A stretch of 10,316 nucleotides of DNA. Origin: Azolla caroliniana. Its lineage: Eukaryota > Plantae > Polypodiophyta. Positions 1 through 8,885 of this stretch are shown here, in pieces. The stretch spans positions 1 to 10,316 of the forward strand of contig JBHGNT010001284.1 of assembly GCA_043228905.1 (NCBI GenBank). The letters are read 5' to 3'. Numbering within the stretch: the first letter of the stretch is position 1; every line of letters begins with the position of its first letter. The notes below the pieces were generated by a model. It was given only the letters and a program-made list of their open reading frames with translations. It was not told where the DNA came from and did no database searches. The translations under genes were made by a program, and so were the position numbers.

Positions 1-143
1 AGATAACGTTAACCATGGAGAAGTTGTTGCAGCTAGTCCCACGCTTCCGCCAAACCATGGAAGAACGGGTGACGGGCATACCCAAGGTGAGCGTTGTTAC
101 GAACCTTACGGACGTGAGTGACGGACCGCCTGTAGTGGATCAC

Positions 144-488
144 CACAACCCGGCTATTACATTGATATTACACGGACAGGAAATTCCTGGATGCGTAATC
201 GATGGCGGCTTAGGCGTTAATGTAATTAGCACGAAAACATGCGAGCAATTAGGCATTTCAGAATGGGAGGCTTGCCCATTCTGGCTCCGAATGGCAGATA
301 CCCGCTTAGTACGACCATTGGGGTTGATTCGCAAGATAGGCATTATCGTGGGCGGACATCGCATCGACATCTCGGCGGTTGTCCTCGCCTTGGACGCCCC
401 AGGGGCATACCCCGTGCTTCTGGGCAGACCGTGGCTTCAGGCAACAAATATCAAGCAGAGCTGGCAACACAAGTGTATCAGTTTCTGA
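144..488 (+). pseudogene. Retropepsin aspartic protease domain
   Basis: CVIDGGLGVNVIS (catalytic Asp codon 201-203), LRMAD flap region and C-terminal VLLGRPWL motif. Confidence 0.88.
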
Positions 489-1065
489 CACAGATGCACT
501 AAGGTTCGCGTACCTACGGAAGGAAGCACGCCACAATCCAAGGGTATAACACCATTATACGCAGAAGATATAAATATGTTGGTTGGGATGGAGGATGCAG
601 AATTAGAGGCATACCTAGATGAGCACCCTCGGATCATTCCGTTGTTCAAAATCAACATCATCGCAACCGCGGCAGAATATGCCACGGCCACTATTCTCCA
701 CGACGAGGCTTACGAACCAAACCTGGAGTCCATATTGGAACTCAGCAGAGCACGGGTGGCATTCGAAAGGGAAATGGAAATTTCACGATGAGTCATCGCC
801 TCCGCCCTGGAAGAAGTAAACGTGGGTATGGAGTCCAAACCCCGTTTCCTCTCCATCACAAAGAAATTAAGGCCGGACCAGAGAAACACGATGATCGAAC
901 TACTCAAGAAATATAAAGATGTGTTCGCTTGGGCTCACAAGGACATGAGGGGTTAGATCCCAAGTTTTATCAACATAAGATCAATTTAGCAACCAACGCA
1001 AAACCCGTCTAGCAACGCCGCTACCGCATGAAACCGAACTACGCGACCCGTTAAACAAACTCCTA

Positions 1066-1605
1066 AATGCGGGTTTCATACGGCCAGTTAAACAAGCCAC
1101 ATAGTTAAGTCCGATAGTAGTCGTTCCAAAGAAAAACGGAAAAATATGGGTATGCGTGGATTACCGAAAATTAAACGTCGCAACCATTACGGACGCATTC
1201 CCTTTACCATTCACCGATAATGTATTGGACGTCGTCGTAGGACATAAGATGTATAGTTTTTTTGATGGCTTCAGTGGGTATAACCAGGTACACATGCATC
1301 CTGATGACCAAGAGAAGACGGCATTTGTCACGGACTGGGGAGTCTATGTGGCAGTCGTCATGATGTTCAGGCTAAAGACGGCGCTAGCAACATTTCAACG
1401 GACAATTACGGAGATCTTTGGGGAATATATTCCGGCATTCATGCAAGTTTTTTTAGACGACTTTGCGGTATATGGGAAAACAATCAACTATTTTACACAT
1501 CTGCAACTGTGCCTGGAACGTTGCCGCACCGCACGCTTAAGCCTGAATCCCACGAAATGTGCCTTCGGTGTGACCAGCGGGACTCTCCTAGGCCATATAG
1601 TCAGC
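1066..1605 (+). pseudogene. Reverse transcriptase domain (Ty3/Gypsy)
   Basis: SPIVVVPKKNGK, CVDYRKLN, FPLP, DGFSGYNQ, KTAF, ATFQR, FLDD (1450-1461), KCAFG, LGHIVS. Confidence 0.96.
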
Positions 1606-1872
1606 AAGGATGGAATAGCGGTCGATCCGAACAAGATCTCTTCGATTACGCAAGCCAAAACTCCGACAAACGCAAAATCAGTCAGCCGGTTTTTAGGACA
1701 AATACGATGGCATAGTCGGATGATACTATATTTGGCGGACTTCGCCACGCCGTTACATGCTATCGTGCATCGGACTCCCTTCCAATGGACCGCAAGGGAG
1801 GACAAGGCCTATGAGGCGCTTAAGATAATGCTCACACAGGCCCCCATCGTACAGCCACCAGTTTGGGCGAAG

Positions 1873-2238
1873 CCATTCCACGTGTTCGTCGACGCCTCGG
1901 ACATAGCAATAGGGAGTGCGCTAATGCATCTCACCGAACCAAACTGGTACCGGCCAATGTACTACGCTAGTCACATATTATCAACAGCAGAGCATAACTA
2001 TTCCACAACGGAGCGGGAGGCGCTAGGGATGATCTATAGCATCAATAAATTCCGGCATTATTACCTGGGGAGGAAATTCACGTTCCACGCGGATCATTCG
2101 GCACTCCTATATTTGGTGGAGAAACAAGCTCTGACAGGTAAATTGGCACGACGGATGCTGCTGGTTCAAGAATTCGATTTTATAATTCAGCACCGACCGG
2201 GGATGCAACACACAGTGGCAGATTTTTTGAGCAGACTC
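1873..2238 (+). pseudogene. Ty3/Gypsy-type RNase H domain
   Basis: PFHVFVDASD, YYAS, NYSTTEREAL, DHSAL, QEFDF, VADFLSRL. Confidence 0.95.
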
Positions 2239-2520
2239 AATAATGGAGAAACAGTACAGAAGGACGACGATGATTTTCCGAACGCCGACATCCTACGGGT
2301 AGCCACACTAGCAGAAAGAACGGAATCGACCTTTCCGGACCGGTGGCTTATGGAAATGACATACTTTTTTACTACAAGACTGCCTCCACCACAATTAAGC
2401 ACGGACAAGAAGAAATGATTAGCCGTCTGAAGCCGTAACTTCTGCCTCGTAGAAGGAATTTTATATCACAAAGGAAGTGATGGCATTTGGCGACACGGGG
2501 TACGTCAGGATGAGAAAGAA

Positions 2521-3652
2521 GCAGTTTTACGGGAGGCTCACTACGGCACGGCAGGCGGCCATTACGCGGGTGATGTTACGCCCGGAAAATATGGCAAGTG
2601 GGCCTATGGTGGCCGACAACACATAAGGACGCATACGAGTATTGTAGAAAGTGTGATTTGTGTCAACGGATGGGCCAGCCCACGGAGGGCGCAAGGATGC
2701 CACACCAACCTGTATTACCGTTAGACCCCTTCCAAAAGTGGGGATTGGATTTTGTGGGCCCCTTCACATCGAAGGCAGCCCGTACGGGCAATAAATACAT
2801 ATTGGTAGCCATGGATTATTGCACCAAGTGGGTAGAAGCAAAGGCACTACGAGAAAATACGGCAGCCGTCACAACGAGATTCCTTTACGAGCACATCTGG
2901 TGCCGGTTCGGCTGTCCGATTGAGCTCATCACTGACCAGGGGAGCCACTTTCTCAATACGGTTGTTCGAGAACTAACACATCATTACGCCGTAGTCCACA
3001 AGAAGAGTATACCATATTATCCACAGGCGAATGGGTTAGCGGAATCCACCAACAAGACGTTGCAGACCATCTTGAAGAAAATCGTCAATGAAAATAGAAC
3101 GGACTGGGATACCAAATTACAGAGTGCGTTATGGGCGTACAGAACCAGCTACAAAACAAGCATATAGTCAACGTTGTTTCGACTAGCGTTTGGACTGGAG
3201 GCCGTGATGCCGGTAGAGTTTCAGATACCCAGTTTACAGATTCAGGTACGGGACCGACTATCAGAAGCCAAGTTGGAGGACGTACGGCTCCACCAGTTAC
3301 TCGAACTCGGCGAAAACGCGTACACAGCATGGTTGTCTTGGAGCAGGAACAACGACGGCGTAAAGCGTTTGTAGATCGACATCGGAATGCATGGGAAAAG
3401 GATTTTGTCGTCGGTCGAGCAGTACTGGTTTTCCAAACCCGCATGGGCCATATGCTCGGGAAGTTACGATTCCGCTGGACATGCCCGTACTGGATAATTG
3501 GAGCAGAACAAGGCACGTTCCAACTAGGTACGTTGGTTGCGGAAGTCTTATGACAAAAGGTGAATGGGTTTTACCTTAAACCTTACCTGGGCCCTACGCC
3601 ACCTAACCCATTCACCGCCGGACAGGACAAAGGAAGAGAACCCGCGGCGTAA
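2521..3652 (+). pseudogene. Integrase (HHCC zinc finger, DD35E core, GPY/F-type C-terminus)
   Basis: H at 2539, GGH at 2560, CDLC; D 2748 (WGLDFVGP), D 2934 (TDQGSHF), E 3042 (GLAESTNK) with exactly 35 residues between D and E; KLRFRWT[C]PY as a mutated GPY motif at ~3482-3490. Confidence 0.95.
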
Positions 3653-3990
3653 GTGGACGGGCCCACTTGTATCATAATGTAAGAATAGGTTGTATGTAAC
3701 CGTTACGAAAAAAAAAAAGAGGAGAAGATAGTGACACTATTAAAGAAAAAGGACTGAATGCATGCACAGACTCCTAGATCAAGAACACGCAGCACCACGA
3801 TGGCTCATCGCCCAATGAACCCTAGGCCATAGAAAGAAGAAAATAGAAGATCTTCTGCACAAAATAGAAACCCACCTCCTAACCCTCAGCGCTCTCATCG
3901 CTCCCTTCCCTCACCTTCTCCTCCATCCTCTCACAAAGCTCCAACCCATTGCAACCACACCAGTCTCCTCCCCACGAGCATAGTTTGGCG

Positions 3991-6717
3991 ATGCCGATCT
4001 TCATCTCTACCGCCTTACGCCAATGGCTCGTGGAGAAACACCTGGATGGGTACATCCGGGTCGCAGAGGCACCTCCACACCCAGATGCCATGGACATCGC
4101 CAGAAAGCTTAATATCGACACGGTCACCAACTCTTCCATCCGGAAAAAGTTGGACCTGTCATCGCTAGGCGAGAGGCATTTCGACATCCCTCCTGCAGAG
4201 GCACTGCAGAGATATTTCGGTCCATATTCCTCCTCCGCCAAGGCCTATAGAACGAAGCAGATCCCGGATCCCTTCTTCCGTGAAGTTGTCAAGTTCCTAT
4301 TAGAGGTCGGATGCGTACACGTCAACGCATATGGGATGCCCAAGCAAAAGGCAGGTATCAATATTGATACCTTTGAAGGGCGTGCGGTCAATTGGGGGGT
4401 CATCACAGGGTCAACGTTAAGGGAAGGCCTGCATGCGTATCAGGGAGGCAAGAAGCTCAGGCCGATCATACAACAGTACCTTACGGTGCTATTCCCACCC
4501 CGAGGCCTGCCGGCACCGAAGCCCAGCAGACCCACGCCTCCGCCCCAATCCGCGAAGCGCAGGTTAGCGGAGTTAGCTGCCCCAGAGTGGGAAGAGGAAC
4601 CCCAACCCGCCCAGCCAGACACACGGACAACGCAGGAAGAACAGCCGGCGCGCTCCGCGGAAGCAGCCCCAGAGCCAGACGCCGAAACACGGTAGGATAG
4701 CCCCAAACCGAAACGGCGGAGGTTGGACCGGAAAGATGGGCGGGGATTAGTCAAAGACGTCCCCACGGCGGCAGAGACAATGACCGAAGGCGATGGCTCC
4801 GTAGCTACGGAGCCCAATACCACCTTTGAAATCATCCGGGAGCCACGGCCGATCATTACGAGCCAGTCACAACGAGGGAAAGCCGTATTGACAGCGGAAA
4901 GCGAGGTTTTGGCATATCCAGATATCCCGGACACGGCCCATGAGTTCAACGCCCTCTTGCAGTTCGAAAACTCTTTTGAGCTCATGGAATTCCTGGCAAC
5001 GCAACAGATAAAGGCCTCACAACGAATGGTAGAGGAGCACGCGGAGCGCTAGATGATCGAGCGCGCCCTAACACAAACGACGGAGAGCGACAATGCGGAC
5101 CAGCTAGCCAGGGTCGGCAGATAGAGGAACGCCGGTGTACGTCGAGTGGGGATGGAGCTACCCCCATTAAACACGGCCCTAGTCAAAGTCCATAGGGAAC
5201 TAGCAAAGGTCAGCACGAGCACCAAGGAGATGGCCATTAAAAATAAGAATGTCTGGAAGAAGGTGAAACTGACCCAAGCCAAGCTGCAAAAAGCCAACGA
5301 ACGCATCGCGGAGTTGGAAACTAACGCGACTATGGCGCAACAGGCAACTCCGCCACCAACCCACACCATCGACGCTTTGAAGGAAGAAATTGAGGCTCAG
5401 ACCACCATCGCCTCAAAAGCAAAAAGGGTCGTACAACTAGCAGAATCAAAAATTGACCACCTTCGCGCTGAACTTCACCAATCCTCAGACAAGGAAAAGG
5501 ATATCTGGGCTAACGACCGGAAGGCAGTAAAAACCCTTGAAGAGAAACTCGTTGTGGAGGCAGCTCAGCACACCCGAACAAAAGAAGAAAACGCCCAATT
5601 ACAGGAGGAAGCGAAGAAGTCGGAGGCGGCAATCGTGGGACTCCGGGCCTTATTGGAGAAAAAGAAGGTATGGTTCGACAAGCAGCTGGTGGGCTAACAG
5701 GAAAGAAGGCATCAACTCGAAATCCGCCTAAACAATGAAATGGGGAAACTAGAAGAACTCCATGCGAAGGAAGCCTAGTTGTGGGCGGGCATGAAGAGCA
5801 CGTACGAAGAAGCGGCGGCAGTTAGCCAGCAAGAAATTGCAAACCTCAAGAAGGCGGTAGAAGAAGCAGGCAACCGCTGCCAGGCCATCACAGACAACGT
5901 GCATATCCTTCTCCAAACGAATCGGGAGAGGTTCACAGCGCAATTGAAAATGGCGCTAGACAAAGGATGGATGGCGTGGGCAGCCCAAGCGGCGGAATTG
6001 CACGCGTATCATGCGGACTGGGAGAACAAGCAAAAAGACGTCTGAGGCTTCTATAAACTCAATGAGGAGAGCATTGCGGCAGTACGCGAGGACCTAGCGC
6101 AGGACTATCGCGTGCTAGCAGACCAGCATTCCGAAGAACTCGCGCAGCTATTAGACGATTTTGGGGAAAGCCAAGAGGACCTGTTTCACCATATCACACA
6201 AACCGACAGCACGCGAACAAATGAGGAATCCGTCGCGCCACCAATTCTAGACACTACCGAAGAAGAGAAACCTCAGGCCAGGTCACCAGACATTACAACT
6301 ACGGTGAACAGCGCAGCGGGGTCCCCCACATTACCAGACAGCGACACCACAGCCCAAGAGGAACCCCATCTACCGGAGCATACGCTAGCGGCCGACCACA
6401 CGGAGAACGTTGCGGACCAAGCGGAACCACAACCCCACTCCCCAGAGCGTACAACAACGGCCGACACCACGGAGCAAGTGACGGAGGAGATAGCGCCGCG
6501 ACCGACCGCAAGCCTGCCGACGGCTGAGCTCAACCCCATAGCCCAAGAAGAGCCCATAGAACCCGGACCGCCCACACAGGACGATCGTGACACCAGGAGA
6601 AGCCCTCCCGACCACACAGGGGAACCACACCACGATGCACCTACAGGCTCTACGTCGTCCACAAACGCGGACACCGTAGCAGAGCCAAACATCCGGGACA
6701 TTTTGGAAGAAGATTAA
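3991..6717 (+). pseudogene. Extra sense ORF downstream of pol; ~908-aa coiled-coil protein of unknown function, six internal stops
   Basis: Track ORFs starting 3949, 4723, 5146, 5779 and 6112 are all in frame 1. Reading the gaps shows no frameshift, only stops at 4693, 5050, 5122, 5695, 5776 and 6043. First in-frame ATG is 3991 (gcgATGc); the frame is open from 3883. Confidence 0.88.
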
Positions 6718-6731
6718 TGGGATGGGTCCGA
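6705..6731 (+). other. Candidate polypurine tract of the Gypsy element
   Basis: GGAAGAAGATTAATGGGATGGG(TCCGA), preceded by TTTT and followed by TGT; imperfect purine tract. Confidence 0.5.
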
Positions 6732-7211
6732 TGTGCCATGGCACTGTCCCACAGGCGTGCCAGGTGTTGTCTGCTGGAATAGTAACCAACGGACAAGAGT
6801 GCAGGAATAGGAAATAGTATAAGATTGTAACGCATGTAACGGTTCACGCGGGAAGCGTGAACGGCTAAAAGACCCTACGTATATAAAGGGCAAAAAACCT
6901 CTAATAGAGGTAGCCTGTAATTTTGGAATGTAAAGAAGCGTATCGTAATAGAATTCTATCTTCTCTGATATCTATGTATAGCTACGGCTAATCTACTATG
7001 TGTTTGGAATACCTGAGAGTGTAGAAGTAAGAAATGTGAGCATGTAGCCACTATTAAGGAGTTCGGTTGTAGCCGTCTCCCTTATACGCTGCTAGGTTAC
7101 GGGGAACATCCCCCTACGTGTTACGCACAAACGTCACCGTTCGTTGTCTCACGGTCACTTGGAGGTCTAGGTCGAAGGACTGACCGCAGACCGTGTTCCT
7201 AATCGGCAACA
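6732..7211 (+). repeat. 3' LTR of the Gypsy element (alternative 5' end at 6765)
   Basis: Ends GGCAACA (7205-7211) at the compositional junction. Its reverse complement TGTTGCC resembles both TGTGCC (6732) and TGTTGTC (6765). Internal TATATAAA and TGTA-rich tract. The partner LTR is not in the window. Confidence 0.75.
6880..6887 (+). promoter_or_regulatory. TATA box of the LTR promoter
   Basis: TATATAAA followed by GGG, in the position expected for U3 of the LTR. Confidence 0.6.
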
Positions 7212-8869
7212 ATGATGTAACTGATGATGATGATGATGAGCAAAATAATGATCATTGTATTCCAAGTGACGAGATTGATGACATTCTAGCAGTTCCACCA
7301 CAAGAGGAAGAGATTAGATGGTCTATGAGACAAAGACAACCTTCTATTAGATATAGTCCACATGAATATGTGATGCTCACAAATGGGGGAGGGCCAAAAA
7401 GATTTAGAGAAGTTATGGCACATGATCAAAAGAGAAATGGTTTGAGGCCATGACAGATGACATGAAGTCCTTGCAAGATAATCACATTTATGACTTAGCA
7501 AAAGTTTCCTAGCAAGATAGCGTTGAAGAACAAATGGGTTTACAGGCTAAAGACCGAGGAACATTGCTCACAACCAAGATACAAGGTAAGATTGGTTGTG
7601 AAGGGATTCAATCAAAAAAAGGGTGTTGATTTTGAGGAGATGTTTTCACCCGTGGTGAAGATGTCCTCAAATAGAGTTGTACTTGGGATTGCAGGTAGTC
7701 TCAATTTAGAAATTGAACAAGTTGATGTAAAAATCACCTTCTTTCATGGTGATTTGGAAGAAGAAATTGACATGGAATAACCTAAGGGGTTTGAAACCAA
7801 AGGAAAAGAAAACAAGATCCTAGACTTTGGTACAAAAAATTTGACTCGTTCATGTTAGACCACAGGTATAACAAGACTAACTCAGATCATTGTGTTCTTT
7901 AAGAAATTCTCCAATGGTGATCTCATCATTCTACTCTTGTATGTAGATGATATGTTGATCGTTGGTCAAGATACCAACCAGATTGAGAAATTGAAGAGAG
8001 AACTTAGCAAGTCTTTTGCTATGAAGGACTTGGGAAAAGCTAAGCAAATCCTTGGGATGAAGATAACCAGGATAGAGCAAGTAAAAAACTTTGGTTGTCT
8101 TAAGAAAAATATATTGAGATTTAACATGGCTAAGTGTAAGGCAATCAACACTCCACTCGCAAGCCACTTTAAAGTCACTCCGAATAGTGCCCTACAAGTG
8201 AGGAAGAACATGAAGAAATGAAACAAATATCACATGCTTTTGCAGTTGGTAGTTTGATGTATGTTATGGTTTGCATGAGGCTTGAGATTGCTCATGCAAT
8301 TGGTGTTGTAAGTCATTTTCTCTCAAATACTAGCAAAGATCATTATCTTAGAGGCACTTTGAGAGTTTGTCTAAATTTCATTCATAACCAAACTATGTTA
8401 GATGGGTATACAGATGCAGACATGGCTAATGACATTGACTCTAGAAAATCCACATTAGGGTATTTAATGATCTTTGTAGGGGGAATTGTCTCTTGGCAAT
8501 TGAGACTTCAAAAATGTGGGGCATTATGCACAACAAAGGTTGAGTATATTTTTGCCACAGAAGCTTGTAAAGAGATGTTATGGTTGAAGAGATTCCTACA
8601 TGAGTTGGGGTTGGTGTGAGAAAGGTATAAGCTTCATTGTGATAGTCAAAGTGCTATACATTTATGCAAGAACTCTTCCTTTCATTTTTAAGTCTGAACA
8701 TATTAATGTTAGATACCATTGGATTTAAGATGCGTTTGAAGAAAATCAAATGCACATTGAGAAGGTTCATACCAATGAGAATGGCTTCGACATGATGGCA
8801 AAGTGTTTGCAAAGAGAGAAGCTTGAAGCTTGCAAACAAAAAGCACGTTTGATTGTGCCCCCTACTTGA
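7212..8869 (+). pseudogene. pol: Copia pol remnant: linker, RT, RNase H
   Basis: RQPSIRYSPHEYV, KNKWVYRLK, RYKVRLVVKGFNQKKGVDFEEMFSPVVKM, EQVDVK, HGDLEEEI, LLLYVDDMLI (YVDD 7940-7951), FAMKDLG, VGSLMY, GYTDADMA..DSRKST, CDSQSAIHL, HINVRYHWI; stop TGA 8867-8869; many frameshifts and small deletions. Confidence 0.94.
7222..7239 (+). repeat. (TGA)6 microsatellite encoding poly-Asp in the Copia linker
   Basis: tgatgatgatgatgatga read directly. Confidence 0.85.
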
Positions 8870-8885
8870 GATAGAGGGGTAGAAT
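8868..8885 (+). other. Copia polypurine tract
   Basis: GAGATAGAGGGGTAGAAT directly after the pol stop and directly before TGT; resembles the Copia GAGGGGGAGA(A/T)T-TG pattern. Confidence 0.75.

Larger units (their letters stand above)
3..3652 (+). pseudogene. pol: Disrupted pol polyprotein of the Gypsy element
   Basis: Retroelement motifs continue across frames. In-frame stops at 486, 789, 1010, 1102, 2416, 2428, 3165 and 3551. Frameshifts near 950 (DMRG/LDP), 1051, 2581 and 3316. Probable natural stop TAA at 3650-3652 after ...VNGFYLKPYLGPTPPNPF... Confidence 0.93.
1..7211 (+). mobile_element. Ty3/Gypsy LTR retrotransposon, non-chromovirus (Athila/Tat/Phygy/Selgy side of the tree), decayed; gag and 5' LTR lie outside the window
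   Basis: Domain order PR-RT-RH-INT; no chromodomain after the integrase; extra 3' ORF; purine tract then a TG...CA bounded, TATA-containing segment; abrupt compositional change at 7211/7212. Confidence 0.95.

Noticed and set aside
3991-6717. Calling the extra ORF a true env gene
   Set aside because: The position fits, but no signal peptide, transmembrane helix or Cys-rich ectodomain is visible, and it has NLS-like motifs.
3-6717. Domestication of the extra ORF (0 frameshifts vs 4 in pol) or programmed stop readthrough
   Set aside because: Stop density is similar (6 in 2.7 kb vs 8 in 3.65 kb). The frameshift difference is within chance (rough p about 0.1). The stops look like ordinary transitions.
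4440-6789. Antisense and alternative-frame ORFs over the extra ORF (e.g. 4440-4985, 5049-5369, 6273-6701)
   Set aside because: Ser/Val/Gly-rich shadows of a GC-rich sense frame; no recognisable domain. Their hydrophobicity mirrors the E/K/Q/T codons of the sense strand.
7212-7230. Primer-binding site after the LTR (which would make it a 5' LTR of the Copia)
   Set aside because: No TGG-starting tRNA-complementary sequence follows CA, and the downstream DNA is mid-pol rather than leader/gag.
7193-7453. ORF spanning the LTR/Copia junction as a chimeric gene
   Set aside because: It starts at a GTG in the LTR end and simply reads into decayed Copia linker before a frameshift.
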